Source: Camelus dromedarius
Taxonomy: Eukaryota
Reading direction: 5' to 3'
Assembly (NCBI RefSeq): GCF_036321535.1
Contig: NC_087436.1
Span: 2,604,001-2,668,000 of the forward strand
DNA length: 64,000 nucleotides
The number at the start of each line of letters is the position of its first letter. The stretch's first letter is position 1. The position numbers and the translations under genes were made by a program. A model generated the notes under the pieces. The model saw nothing but the letters and a program-made list of their open reading frames with translations. It was not told the origin of the DNA and did not search any database. Below, one piece after another: positions 36,801 to 51,544 of the stretch.

Positions 36801-39539
36801 CAGGAGAAACTTTTACTCTGGTCTCTCAGTCTGTTTCCTAGTGCCGGTTTGAAGTTACTGCAGTTTTCACTGTAAATCCGTGTTGGAGCTAGTACCTCCC
36901 CATATATATGTATGGAGTGGACATTGCAACTGAAAAGAAACAATGTGTTCCCAACAAGCTAGGTGAAGGACGGCTTTCACACACACTTCCTCTCAGAACT
37001 GAGCATGTGGAGAGACGTTCGTTCATCTAGCACAAAGGGAACGTGTTACAGGAGAAACTTTTACTCTGGTTTCTCAGTCTATTTCCTAGTGCCGGTTGGA
37101 AGTTCCTGCAGTTTTCACTGTAAAACCGAGTTGAAGCTAGTACCTCCCCATAAATATGTATGGAATGGTGTTTGCAACTGAACAGAAACTTTGTGTTCCC
37201 AACAAGCTAGGTGAAGAACGGCATTCACACACATTTTTCTCTCAGAACTGAGCATGTGGAGAGACGTTCGTTCATCTAGCACAAAGGGAACGGGTTGCAG
37301 GAGAAACTTTTACTCTGGTTTCTCAGTATGTTTCCTAGTGCCGGTTTGAATTTCCTGCAGTTTTCACTGTAAAACCGAGTTGGAGCTAGTACCTCCCCAT
37401 AAATATATATGGAGTGGGGTTTGCAACTGAAAAGAAACTTTGTGTTCCTAACAAGCTAGGTGAAGGACGGCTTTCACACACACTTATCTCTCAGAACTGA
37501 GCATGTGGAGAGACGTTCGTTCATCTAGCACAAAGGGAACGTGTTGCAGGAGAAACTTTTACTCTGGACTCTCAGTCTGTTTCCTAGTGCCGGTTTGAAG
37601 TTCCTGTAGTTTTCACTGTCAAACCGAGTTGGAGCTAGTACCTCCACATAAATATGTATGGAGTGGAGTTTGCAAGTGAAAAGAAACTTTTTGTTCCCAA
37701 CAAGCTAGGTGAAGGACGGCTTTCACACACACTTATCTCTGAGAACTGAGCATGTGGAGAGACTTTCGTTCATCTAGCACAAAGGGAACGTGTTACAGGA
37801 GAAACTTTTACTCTGGTTTCTCAGTCTATTTCCTAGTGCCGGTTGGAAGTTCCTGCAGTTTTCACTGTAAAACCGAGTTGGAGCTAGTACCTCCCCATTA
37901 ATATGTATGGAGTGGTGTTTGCAACTGAACAGAAACTTTGTGTTCCCAACAAGCTAGGTGAAGGACGGCTTTCACACACATTTTTCTCTCAGAACTGAGA
38001 ATGTGGAGAGACGTTCGTTCATCTAGCAGAAAGGGAACGGGTTGTAGGGGAAACTTTTACTCTGGTTTCTCAGTGTGTTTCCTAGTGCCCGTTTGAAGTT
38101 CCTATAGTTTTCACTTTAAACCGAGTTGGAGACACTACCTCCCATATATATATGTATGGAGTGGAGTTTGAAAGTGAAAAGAAACTTTGTGTTCCCTAGA
38201 AGCTAGGTGAAGGACGGCTTTCACACACACTTATCTCTCAGAACTGAGCATGTGGAGAGACGTTCCCTCATCTAGCACAAAGAGAACGGGTTGCAGGAGA
38301 AACTTTTCTCTGGTTTCTCAGTCTGTTTCCTAGTGCCGGTTTGAAGTTCCTGCAGTTTTCACTTTAAAACCGAGTTGGAGTTAGTACCTCCCCATAAATA
38401 TGTATGGAGTGGTGTTTGCAACTGAACAGAAACTTTGTGTTCCCAACAAGCTACTTGAAGGACGGCTTTCACACACATTTTTCTCTCAGATCTGAGCATG
38501 TGGAGAGACGTTCGTTCATCTAGAAGAAAGGGAACGGGTTGTAGGAGAAACTTTTACTCTGGTTTCTCAGTCTGTTTCCTAGTGCCGGTTTGAAGTTCCT
38601 GCAGTTTTCACTGTAAAACGGAGTTGGAGCTAGTACCACCCCATATATATGTATGGAGTGGTGTTTGCAACTGAAAAGAAACTTTGTGTTCCCAACAAGT
38701 TAGGTGAAGGACGGCTTTCACACACACTTATCTCTCAGAACTGAGCATGTGGAGAGACGTTCGTTCATCTAGCACAAAGGGAACGGGTTGCAGGAGAAAC
38801 TTTTACTCTGGTTTCTCAGTCTGTTTCCTAGTGCCTGTTTGAACTTCCTGCAGATTTCACTGTAAAACCGAGTTGGAGCTAGAACCTCCACATAAATATA
38901 TATGGAGTGGAGTTTGCAAGTGAAAAGAAACTTTGTGTTCCCAACAAGCTAGGAGAAGGACGGCTTTCACACACACTTATCTCTGAGAACTGAGCATGTG
39001 GAGAGACTTTCGTTCATCTAGCAAAAAGGGATCGTGTTACAGGAGAAAATTTTACTCTGGTTTCTCAGTCTATTTCCTTGTGCCGGTTGGAAGTTCCTGC
39101 AGTTTTCACTGTAAAACTGAGTTGGAGCTAGTACCTCCCCATAAATATGTATGGAGTGGTGTTTGTAACTGAACAGAAACTTTGTGTTCCCAACAAGCTA
39201 GGTGAAGGACGGCTTTCACACACATTTTTCTCTCAGAACTGAGAATGTGGAGAGACGATCGTTCATCTAGCAGAAAGGGAACGGGTTGTAGGGGAAACTT
39301 TTACTTTGATTTCTCAGTCTGTTTCCTAGTGCTGGTTTGAAGTTCCTGCAGTTTTCACTGTAAAACCGAGTTGGAGCTAGTACCTCCTCATATATATGTA
39401 TGGAGTGGTGTTTGCAACTGAAAAGAAACTTTGTGTTCCCAACAAGTTAGGTGAAGAACGGCTTTCACACACACTTATCTCTCAGAACTGAGCATGTGGA
39501 GAGACGTTCGTTCTTCTAGCACAAATGGAACGGGTTGCA

Positions 39540-42500
39540 GTAGAAACTTTTACTCTGGTTTCTCAGTCTGTTTCCTAGTGCCGGTTTGAATTTCCTGCAG
39601 TTTTCACTGTAAAACCGAGTTGGAGCTAGTACCCCCCATAAATATATATGGAGTGGTGTTTGCAAGTGAAAAGAAACTTTGTGTTCCCAACAAGCTAGGT
39701 GAAGGACGGCTTTCACACTCACTTATCTCTGAGATCTGAGCATGTGGAGAGACGTTCGTTCATCTAGCACAAAGGGAACGTGTTGCAGGAGAAACATTTA
39801 CTCTGGTCTCTCAGTCTGTTTCCTAGTGCCGGTTTGAAGTTCCTGCAGTTTTCACTGTAAAACCGAGTTGGAGCTAGTACCTCCCCATATATATATATGG
39901 TGTGGAGTTTGCAACTGAAAAGAAACTTTGTGTTCCCAACAAGTTAGGTGAAGGACGGCTTTCACACACACTTATCTATCAGAACTGAGCATGTGGAGAG
40001 ACGTTCTTTCATCTAGCACAAAGGGAACGGGTTGCAGGTGAAACTTTTACTCTGGTTTCTCATTCTGTTTCCTAGTGCCGGTTTGAAGTTTATGCAGTTT
40101 TCACTGTAAAACCGAGTTGGAGCTAGTACCTCCCCATATATATTTATGGAGTGGAATTAGCAACTGAAAAGAATATTTGTGTTCCCAACAAGCTAGGTGA
40201 AGGACGGCTTTCACACACACTTATCTCTCAGAACTGAGCATGTGGAGAGACGTTCGTTCATCTAGCACAGAGGGAACGGGATGCAGGAGAAACTTTTACT
40301 CTGGTTTCTCAGTCTGTTTCCTAGTGCCGGTTTGAAGTTCCTGCAGTTTTCACTCTAAAACCGAGTTGGAGCCAGTACCTCCCATAAATATGTATGGAGT
40401 GGTGTTTGCAACTGAACAGAATCTTTGTGTTCCCAACAAGCTAGGTGAAGGACGGCTTTCACACTCACTTATCTCTCAGAACTGAGCATGTGGAGAGACG
40501 TTCGTTCATCTAGCACAAAGGGAACGTGTTGCAGGAGAAACTTTTACTCTGGTCTCTCAGTCTGTTTCCTAGTGCCGGTTTGAAATTCCTGAAGTTTTCA
40601 CTGTAAAACCGAGTTGGAGCTAGTACATACCCATAAATATGTATGGAGTGGAGTTTGCAACTGCAAAGAAACTTTGTGTTCCCAACAAGCTAGGTGAATG
40701 ACCGCTTTCATACACACTTATCTCTCAGAACTGAGCATGTGGAGAGACGTTCGTTCATCTAGCACAAAGGGAACGTGTTGCAGGAGAAACTTTTACTCTG
40801 GTTTCTCAGTCTGTTTCCTAGTGCCGGTTTGAATTTCCTGCAGTTTTCACTGTAAAACCGAGTTGGAGCTAGTACCCCCCATAAATATATATGGAGTGGT
40901 GTTTGCAAGTGAAAAGAAACTTTGTGTTCCCAACAAGCTAGGTGAAGGACGGCTTTCACACTCACTTATCTCTGAGAATTGAGCATGTGGAGAGACGTTC
41001 GTTCATCTAGCACAAAGGGAAAGTGTTGCAGGAGAAACTTTTACTCTGGTCTCTCAGTCTGTTTCCTAGTGCCGGTTTGAAGTTCCTGCAGTTTTCACTG
41101 TAAAACCGAGTTGGAGCTAGTACCTCCCTATATATATGTATGGAGTGGAGTTTGCAACTGAAAAGAAACTTTGTGTTCCCAACAAGTTAGGTGAAGGACG
41201 GCTTTCACACACACTTATCTCTCAGAACTGAGCATGTGGAGAGACGTTCTTTCATCTAGCACAAAGGGAACGGGTTGCAGGTGAAACTTTTACTCTGGTT
41301 TCTCATTCTGTTTCCTAGTGCCGGTTTGAAGTTTATGCAGTTTTCACTGTAAAACCGAGTTGGAGCTAGTACCTCCCCATATATATGTATGGAGTGGAGT
41401 TAGCAACTGAAAAGAAAATTTGTGTTCCCAACAAGCTAGGTGAAGGACGGCTTTCACACACACTTATCTCTCAGAACTGAGCATGTGGAGAGACGTTCGT
41501 TCATCTAGCACAAAGGGAACGGGATGCAGGAGAAACTTTTACTCTGGTTTCTCAGTGTGTTTCCTAGTGCCGGTTTGAAGTTCCTGCAGTTTTCACCCTA
41601 AAACCGAGTTGGAGCCAGTACCTCCCATAAATATGTATGGAGTTGTGTTTGCAACTGAACAGAAACTTTGTGTTCCCAACAAGCTAGGTGAAGGACGGCT
41701 TTCACACACACTTATCTCTCAGAACTGAGCATGTGGAGAGACGTTCGTTCATCTAGCACAAAGGGAACGTGTTGCAGGAGAAACTTTTACTCTGGTCTCT
41801 CAGTCTGTTTCCTAGTGCCGGTTTGAAATTCCTGAAGTTTTCACTGTAAAACCGAGTTGGAGCTAGTACATACCCATAAATATGTATGGAGTGGAGTTTG
41901 CAACTGCAAAGAAACTTTGTGTTCCCAACAAGCTAGGTGAATGACCGCTTTCATACACACTTATCTCTCAGAACTGAGCATGTGGAGAGACGTTCGTTCA
42001 TCTAGCACAAAGGGAACGTGTTGCAGGAGAAACTTTTACTCTGGTTTCTCAGTCTGTTTCCTAGTGCCGGTTTGAAGTTTATGCAGTTTTCACTGTAAAA
42101 CGGAGTTGGAGCTAGTACCTCCCCATATATATTTATGGAGTGGAGTTAGCAACTGAAAAGAAAATTTGTGTTCCCAACAAGCTAGGTGAAGGACGGCTTT
42201 CACACACACTTATCTCTCAGAACTGAGCATGTGGAGAGACGTTCGTTCATCTAGCACAAAGGGAACGGGATGCAGGATAAACTTTTACTCTGGTTTCTCA
42301 GTCTGTTTCCTAGTGCCGGTTTGAAGTTCCTGCAGTTTTCACTCTAAAACCGAGTTGGAGCCAGTACCTCCCATAAATATGTATGGAGTGGTGTTTGCAA
42401 CTGAACAGAAACTTTGTGTTCCCAACAAGCTAGGTGAAGGACGGCTTTCACACACACTTATCTCTCAGAACTGAGCATGTGGAGAGACGTTCGTTCATCT

Positions 42501-42780
42501 AGCACAAAGGGAACGGGATGCAGGAGAAACTTTTACTCTGGTCTCTCAGTCTGTTTCCTTGTGCCGGTTTGAAATTCCTGAAGTTTTCACTGTAAAACCG
42601 AGTTGGAGCTAGTACATACCCATAAATATGTATGGAGTGGAGTTTGCAACTGCAAAGAAACTTTGTGTTCCCATCAAGCTAGGTGAATGACCGCTTTCAT
42701 ACACACTTATCTCTCAGAACTGAGCATGTGGAGAGACGTTCGTTCATCTAGCACAAAGGGAACGTGTTGCAGGAGAAACT
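39540..42780 (+). repeat. 5-mer module tandem (2 x 1243 bp) followed by a 3-mer partial copy (746 bp)
   Basis: GAATGACC occurs at 40696, 41939 and 42685. ORFs at 39516/40759 are spaced by 1243. Confidence 0.85.
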
Positions 42781-44290
42781 TTTACTCTGGTCTCTCAGTC
42801 TGTTTCCTAGTGCCGGTTTGAAGTAACTGCAGTTTTCACTGTAAATCCGTGTTGGTGCTAGTACCTCCCCATATATATGTATGGAGTGGAGATTGCAACT
42901 GAAAAGAAACAATGTGTTCCCAACAAGCTAGTTGAAGGACGGCTTTCAGACACACTTCCTCTCAGAACTGAGCATGTGGAGAGACGTTCGTTCATCTAGC
43001 ACAAAGGGAACGTGTTACAGGAGAAACTTTTACTCTGGTTTCTCAGTCTATTTCCTAGTGCCGGTTGGAAGTTCCTGCAGTTTTCACTGTAAAACCGAGT
43101 TGGAGCTAGTACCTCCCCATAAATATGTATGGAATGGTGTTTGCAACTGAACAGAAACTTTGTGTTCCCAACAAGCTAGGTGAAGGACGGCATTCACACA
43201 CATTTTTCTCTCAGAACTGAGCATGTGGAGAGACGTTCGTTCATCTAGCACAAAGGGAACGGGTTGCAGGAGAAACTTTTACTCTGGTTTCTCAGTATGT
43301 TTCCTAGTGCCGGTTTGAAGTTCCTGCAGTTTTCACTGTAAAACCGAGTTGGAGCTAGTACCTCCCCATAAATATATATGGAGTGGGGTTTGCAACTGAA
43401 AAGAAACTTTGTGTTCCTAACAAGCTAGTTGAAGGACGGCTTTCACACACACTTATCTCTGAGAACTGAGCATGTGGAGAGACGTTCGTTCATCTAGCAC
43501 AAAGGGAACGTGTTGCAGGAGAAACTTTTACTCTGGACTCTCAGTCTGTTTCCTAGTGCCGGTTTGAAGTTCCTGTAGTTTTCACTGTCAAACCGAGTTG
43601 GAGCTAGTACCTCCACATAAATAAGTATGGAGTGGAGTTTGCAAGTGAAAAGAAACTTTTTGTTCCCAACAAGCTAGGTGAAGGACGGCTTTCACACACA
43701 CTTATCTCTGAGAACTGAGCATGTGGAGAGACTTTCGTTCATCTAGCACAAAGGGAACGTGTTACAGGAGAAACTTTTACTCTGGTTTCTCAGTCTATTT
43801 CCTAGTGCCGGTTGGAAGTTCCTGTAGTTTTCACTGTAAAACCGAGTTGGAGCTAGTACCTCCCCATAAATATGTATGGAGTGGTGTTTGCAACTGAACA
43901 GAAACTTTGTGTTCCCAACAAGCTAGGTGAAGGACGGCTTTCACACACATTTTACTCTCAGAACTGAGCATGTGGAGAGACGTTCGTTCATCTAGCAGAA
44001 AGGGAACGGGTTGTAGGGGAAACTTTTACTCTGGTTTCTCAGTCTGTTTCCTAGTGCCCGTTTGAAGTTCCTATAGTTTTCACTTTAAACCGAGTTGGAG
44101 ACACTACCTCCCATATATATATGTATGGAGTGGAGTTTGAAAGTGAAAAGAAACTTTGTGTTCCCTAGAAGCTAGGTGAAGGACGGCTTTCACACATACT
44201 TATCTCTCAGAACTGAGCATGTGGAGAGACGTTCCCTCATCTAGCACAAAGAGAACGGGTTGCAGGAGAAACTTTTCTCTGGTTTCTCAG
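42070..44290 (+). repeat. Copy of about 36100-38320 at a 24-monomer offset (5969 bp)
   Basis: CCCATCAAG occurs at 36701/42670 and GGAGACACTA at 38128/44097. Matching ORFs lie at 36963/42932. Confidence 0.87.
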
Positions 44291-47200
44291 AATTTTTCCT
44301 AGTGCCGGTTTGAAGTTCCTGCAGGTTTCACTGTAAAACCGAGTTGGAGCTTGTACCTCCCCATATATATGTATGGAGTGGAGTTTGCAAATGAAAAGAA
44401 ACTTTGTGTTCCCAAGAATCTATGTGAAAGACGGCTTTCACACACACTTATCTCTCAGAACTGAGCATGTGGAGAGACGTTCATTCATCTAGCACAAAGA
44501 GAACGGGTTGCAGGAGAAACTTTTACTCTGGTTTCTCAGTATATTTCCTAGTGCCGGTTTGAACTTCCTGCAGTTTTCACTGCAAAACCGAGTTGGAGCT
44601 AGTACCTCCCCATAAATATGTATGGAGTGGTGTTTGCAACTGAACAGAAACTTTGTGTTCCCAACAAGCTAGGTGAAGGACGGCTTTCACACACATTTTT
44701 CTCTCAGATCTGAGCATGTGGAGAGACGTTCGTTCATCTAAAAGAAAGGGAACGGGTTGTAGGAGAAACTTTTACTCTGGTTTCTCAGTCTGTTTCCTAG
44801 TGCCGGTTTGAAGTTCCTGCAGTTTTCACTGTAAAACCGAGTTGGAGCTAGTACCACCCCATATATATGTATGCAGTGGTGTTTGCAACTGAAAAGAAAC
44901 TTTGTGTTCCCAACAAGCTAGGTGAAGGACGGCTTTCACACACATTTTTCTCTCAGATCTGAGCATGTGGAGAGACGTTCGTTCATCTAGAAGAAAGGGA
45001 ACGGGTTGTAGGAGAAACTTTTACTCTGGTTTCTCAGTCTGTTTCCTAGTGCCGGTATGAAGTTCCTGCAGTTTTCACTGTAAAACCGCGTTGGAGCTTG
45101 TACCACCCCATATATATGTATGGAGTGGTGTTTACAACTGAAAAGAAACTTTGTGTTCCCAACAAGTTAGGTGAAGGACGGCTTTCACACACACTTATCT
45201 CTCAGAACTGAGCATGTGGAGAGACGTTCGTTCATCTAGCACAAAGGGAACGGGTTGCAGGAGAAACTTTTACTCTGGTTTCTCAGACTGTTTCCTAGTG
45301 CCTGTTTCAAATTCCTGCAGATTTCACTGTAAAACCAAGTTGGAGCTAGTACCTCCACATAAATATATATGGAGTGGAGTTTGCAAGTGAAAAGAAACTT
45401 TGTGTTCCCAACAAGCTAGGTGAAGGACGGCTTTCACACACACTTATCTCTGAGAACTGAGCATGTGGAGAGACTTTCGTTCATCTAGCAAAATGGGAAC
45501 GTGTTACAGGAGAAACTTTTACTCTGGTTTCTCAGTCTATTTCCTTGTGCCGGTTGGAAGATCCTGTAGTTTTCACTGTAAAACCGAGTTGGAGCTAGTA
45601 CCACCCCATAAATATGTATGGAGTGGTGTTTGTAACTGAACAGAAACTTTGTGTTCCAAACAAGCTAGGTGAAGGACGGCTTTCACACACATTTTTCTCT
45701 CAGAACTGAGCATGTGGAGAGACGATCGTTCATCTAGCAGAAAGGGAACGGGTTGTAGGGGAAACTTTTACTTTGATTTCTCAGTCTGTTTCCTAGTGCC
45801 GGTTTGAAGTTCCTGCAGTTTTCACTGTAAAACCGAGTTGGAGCTAGTACCACCCCATATATATATATGGAGTGGTGTTTGCAACTGAAAAGAAACTTTG
45901 TGTTCCCAACAAGTTAGGTGAAGAACGGCTTTCACACACACTTATCTCTCAGAACTGAGCATGTGGAGAGACGTTCGTTCATCTAGCACAAATTGAACGG
46001 GTTGCAGGAGAAACGTTTACTCTGGTTTCTCAGTCTGTTTCCTAGTGCCGGTTTGAATTTCCTGCAGTTTTCACTGTAAAACCGAGTTGGAGCTAGTACC
46101 CCCCATAAATATATATGGAGTGGTGTTTGCAAGTGAAAAGAAACTTTGTGTTCCCAACAAGCTAGGTGAAGGACGGCTTTCACACACACTTATCTCTGAG
46201 AACTGAGCATGTGGAGAGACGTTCGTTCATCTAGCACAAAGGGAACGTGTTGCAGAAGAAACTTTACTCTGGTCTCTCAGTCTGTTTCCTAGTGCCGGTT
46301 TGAAGTTCCTGCAGTTTTCACTGTCAAACCGAGTTGGAGCTAGAACCTCCCCATATATATGTATGGAGTGGAGTTTGCAACTGAAAAGAAACTTTGTGTT
46401 CCCAACAAGCTAGGTGTAGGACGGCTTTCACACACACTTATCTCTCAGAACTGAGCATGTGGAGAGACGTTCTTTCATCTAGCACAAAGGGAACGGGTTG
46501 CAGGTGAAACTTTTACTCTGGTTTCTCATTCTGTTTCCTAGTGCCGGTTTGAAGTTTATGCAGTTTTCACTGTAAAACCGAGTTGGAGCTAATACCTCCC
46601 CATATATATGTATGGAGTGGAGTTAGCAACTGAAAAGAAAATTTGTGTTCCCAACAAGCTAGGTGAAGGACGGCTTTCACACACACTTATCTCTCACAAC
46701 TGAGCATGTGGAGAGACGTTCGTTCATCTAGCAAAAAGGGAACGGGTTGCAGGAGAAACTTTTACTCTGGTTTATCAGTCTGTTTCCTAGTGCCGGTTTG
46801 AAGTTCCTGCAGTTTTCACACTAAAACCGAGTTGGAGCCAGTACCTCCCATAAATATGTATGGAGTGGTGTTTGCAACTGAACAGAAACTTTGTGTTCCC
46901 AACAAGCTAGGTGAAGGACGGCTTTCACACACACTTATCTCTCAGAACTGAGCATGTGGAGAGACGTTCGTTCATCTAGCACAAAGGGAACGTGTTGCAG
47001 GAGAAACTTTTACTCTGGTCTCTCAGTCTGTTTCCTAGTGCCGGTTTGAAATTCCTGAAGTTTTCACTGTAAAACCGAGTTGAAGCTAGTACATACCCAT
47101 AAATATGTATGGAGTGGAGTTTGAAACTGCAAAGAAACTTTGTGTTCCCAACAAGCTAAGTGAATGACCGCTTTCATACACACTTATCTCTCAGAACTGA

Positions 47201-48544
47201 GCATGTGGAGAGACGTTCGTTCATCTAGCACAAAGGGAACGTGTTGCAGGAGAAACTTTTACTCTTGTCTCTCAGTCTGTTTCCTAGTGCCGGTTTGAAG
47301 TTACTGCAGTTTTCACTGTAAATCCGTGTTGGAGCTAGTACCTCCCCATATATATGTATGGAGTGGAGATTGCAACTGAAAAGAAACTATGTGTTCCCAA
47401 CAAGCTAGGTGAAGGACGGCTTTCACACACACTTCCTCTCAGAACTGAGCATGTGGAGAGACGTTCGTTCATCTAGCACAAAGGGAACGTGTTACAGGAG
47501 AAACTTTTACTCTGGTTTCTCAGTATATTTCCTAGTGCCGGTTGGAAGTTCCTGCAGTTTTCACTGAAAAACCGAGTTGGAGCTAGTACCTCCCCATAAA
47601 TATGTATGGAATGGTGTTTGCAACTGAACAGAAACTTTGTGTTCCCAACAAGCTAGGTGAAGGACGGCATTCACACACATTTTTCTCTCAGTACTGAGCA
47701 TGTGGAGAGACGTTCTTTCATCTAGAACAAAGGGAACGGGTTGCAGGAGAAACTTTTACTCTGGTTCTCAGTATGTTTCCTAGTGCCGGTATGAATTTCC
47801 TGCAGTTTTCACTGTAAAACCGAGTTGGAGCTAGTACCTCCCCATAAATATATATGGAATGGGGTTTGCAACTGAAAAGAAACTTTGTGTTCCTAACAAT
47901 CTAGGTGAAGGACGGCTTTCACACACACTTATCTCTGAGAACTGAGCATGTGGAGAGACGTTCGTTCATCTAGCACAAAGGGAACGTGTTGCATGAGAAA
48001 CTTTTACTCTGGACTCTCAGTCTGTTTCCTAGTGCCGGTTTGATGTTCCTGCAGTTTTCACTGTCAAATCGAGTTGGAGCTACTACCTCCACATAAATAT
48101 GTATGGAGTGGAGATTGCAAGTGAAAAGAAACTTTTTGTTCCCAACAAGCTAGGTGAAGGACGGCTTTCACACACATTTATCTCTCAGAATTAAGCATGT
48201 GGAGAGACGTTCTTTCATCTAGCACAAAGGGAACGGGTTGTAGGGGAAACTTTTACTCTGGTTTCTCAGTCTGTTTCCTAGTGCCGGTTTGAAGTTCCTG
48301 CAGTTTTCACTGTAAAACCGAGTTGGAGCTTGTACCTCCCCATATATATGTATGGAGTGGTGTTTGCTACTGAAAAGAAACTTTGTGTTCCCAACAAGTT
48401 AGTTGAAGGACGGCTTTCACACACACTTATCTCTCAGAACTGAGCATGTGGAGAGACGTTCGTTCATCTAGCACAAAGGGAACGGGTTGCAGGAGAAACT
48501 TTTACTCTGGTTTCTCAGTCTGTTTCCTAGTGCCGGTTTGAATT

Positions 48545-51544
48545 TCCTGCAGTTTTCACTGTAAAACAGAGTTGGAGCTAGTACCTCCCCATAAATATAT
48601 ATGGAGTGGAGTTTGCAACTGAAAAGAAACTTTGTGTTCCCAACAAGTTAGGTGAACGAAGGCTTTCACACACACTTATCTCAGAACTGAGCATGTGGAG
48701 AGACGTTCGTTCATCTAGCAAAAAGGGAACGTGTTGCAGGAGAAACTTTTACTCTGGACTCTCAGTCTGTTTCCTAGTGCCGGTTTGAAGTTACTGCAGT
48801 TTTCACTGTAAAACCGTGTTGGAGCTAGTACCTCCCCATATATACGTATGGAGTGGAGTTTGAAACTGAAAATTAACTTTGTGTTCCCAACAAGCTAGGT
48901 GAAGGACGGCTTTCACACACAGTTCCTCTCAGAAATGAGCATGTGGAGAGAAGTTCGTTCATCTAGCACAAAGGGAACGGGTTGCAGGAGAAACTTTTAC
49001 TCTGGTTTCTCAGTCTGTTTCCTAGTGCCTGTTTGAAGTTCCTGCAGATTTCACTGTAAAACCGAGTTGGAGCTAGTACCTCCACATAAATATGTATGGA
49101 GTGGAGTTTGCAAGTGAAAAGAAACTTTTTGTTCCCAACAAGCTAAGTGAAGGACGGCTTACACACACACTTATCTCTGAGAACTGAGCATGTGGAGAGA
49201 CTTTCGTTCATCTAGCACAAAGGGAACGTGTTACAGGAGAAACTTTTTCTCTGGTTTCTCAGTCTATTTCCTAGTGCCTGTTGGAAGTTCCTGCAGTTTT
49301 CACTGTAAAACCGAGTTGGAGCTAGTACCTCCCCATAAATATGTATGGAGTGGTGTTAGCAACTGAACAGAAACTTTGTGTTCCCAACAAGCTAGGTGAA
49401 GGACGGCTTTCACACACATTTTTCTCTCAGAACTGAGCATGTGGAGAGACGTTCGTTCATCTAGCAGAAAGGGAACGGGTTGTAGGGGAAACTTTTACTC
49501 TGGTTTCTCAGTCTGTTTCCTAGTGCCGGTTTGAAGTTCCTGCAGTTTTCACTGTAAAACCGAGTTGGAGCTAGTACCTCCCCATATATATGTATGGAGT
49601 GGTGTTTGCAACTGAAAAGAAACTTTGTGTTCCCAACAAGTTAGGTGAAGGACGGCATTCACACACACGAATCTCTCAGAACTGAGCATGTGGAGAGACG
49701 TTCGTTCATCTAGCACAAAGGGAACGGGTTGCAGGAGAAACTTTTACTCTGGTTTCTCAGTCTGTTTCCTAGTGCCGGTTTGAATTTCCTGCAGTTTTCA
49801 CTGTAAAACCGAGTTGGAGCTAGTACCTCCCCATAAATATATATGGAGTGGGGTTTGAAACTGAAAAGAAACTTTGTGTTCCCAACAAGCTAGGTGAAGG
49901 ACGGCTTTCACACACACTTATCTCTGAGAACTGAGCATGTGGAGAGACGTTCGTTCATCTAGCACAAAGGGAACGTGTTACAGGAGAAACTTTTACTCTG
50001 GACTCTCAGTCTGTTTCCTAGTGCCGGTTTGTAGTTCCTGCAGTTTTCACTGTAAAACAGAGTTGGAGCTAGTACCTCCCCATAAATATATATGGAGTGG
50101 AGTTTGCAACTGAAAAGAAACTTTGTGTTCCCAACAAGTTAGGTGAACGAAGGCTTTCACACACACTTATCTCAGAACTGAGCATGTGGAGAGACGTTCG
50201 TTCATCTAGCACAAAGGGAACGTGTTGCAGGAGAAACTTTTACTCTGGACTCTCAGTCTGTTTCCTAGTGCCGGTTTGAAGTTACTGCAGTTTTCACTGT
50301 AAAACCGTGTTGGAGCTAGTACCTCCCCATATATATGTATGGAGTGGAGTTTGAAACTGAAAATTAACTTTGTGTTCTCAACAAGCTAGGTGAAGGACGG
50401 CTTTCACACACAGTTCCTCTCAGAAATGAGCATGTGGAGAGAAGTTCGTTCATCTAGCACAAAGGGAACGGGTTGCAGGAGAAACTTTTACTCTGGTTTC
50501 TCAGTCTGTTTCCTAGTGCCTGTTTGAAGTTCCTGCAGATTTCACTGTAAAACCGAGTTGGAGCTAGTACCTCCACATAAATATGTATGGAGTGGAGTTT
50601 GCAAGTGAAAAGAAACTTTTTGTTCCCAACAAGCTAAGTGAAGGACGGCTTACACACACACTTATCTCTGAGAACTGAGCATGTGGAGAGACTTTCGTTC
50701 ATCTAGCACAAAGGGAACGTGTTACAAGAGAAACTTTTACTCTGGTTTCTCAGTCTATTTCCTAGTGCCTGTTGGTAGTTCCTGCAGTTTTCACTGTAAA
50801 ACCGAGTTGGAGCTAGTACCTCCCCATAAATATGTATGGAGTGGTGTTTGCAACTGAACAGAAACTTTGTGTTCCCAACAAGCTAGGTGAAGGACGGCTT
50901 TCACACACATTTTTCTCTCAGAACTGAGCATGTGGAGAGACGTTCGTTCATCTAGCAGAAAGGGAACGGGTTGTAGGGGAAACTTTTACTCTGGTTTCTC
51001 AGTCTGTTTCCTAGTGCCGGTTTGAAGTTCCTGCAGTTTTCACTGTAAAACCGAGTTGGAGCTAGTACCTCCCCATATATATGTATGGAGTGGTGTTTGC
51101 AACTGAAAAGAAACTTTGTGTTCCCAACAAGTTAGGTGAAGGACGGCATTCACACACACTAATCTCTCAGAACTGAGCATGTGGAGAGACGTTCGTTCAT
51201 CTAGCACAAAGGGAACGGGTTGCAGGAGAAACTTTTACTCTGGTTTCTCAGTCTGTTTCCTAGTGCCGGTTTGAATTTCCTGCAGATTTCACTGTAAAAC
51301 CGAGTTGGAGCTAGTACCTCCCCATAAATATATATGGAGTGGGGTTTGAAACTGAAAAGAAACTTTGTGTTCCCAACAAGCTAGGTGAAGGACGGCTTTC
51401 ACACACACTTATCTCTGAGAACTGAGCATGTGGAGAGACGTTCGTTCATCTAGCACAAAGGGAACGTGTTGCAGGAGAAACTTTTACTCTGGACTCTCAG
51501 TCTGTTTCCTAGTGCCGGTTTGTAGTTCCTGCAGTTTTCACTGT
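48545..51544 (+). repeat. 6-monomer tandem duplication (1491-bp period)
   Basis: ORFs lie at 48606/50097. The copies share AAAACAGAG, GAACGAAGG, the 2-bp deletion TTATCTCAG and AAATTAAC. GTTTGTAGTT occurs at about 50030/51521. Confidence 0.9.

Noticed and set aside
33052..46189. Apparent 26-mer period (similar ORFs at 33052, 39516 and 45983, spaced 6464 and 6467)
   Set aside because: The intervening monomer order is not colinear, and other markers give 24- and 28-monomer offsets, so this is not a true fixed HOR.
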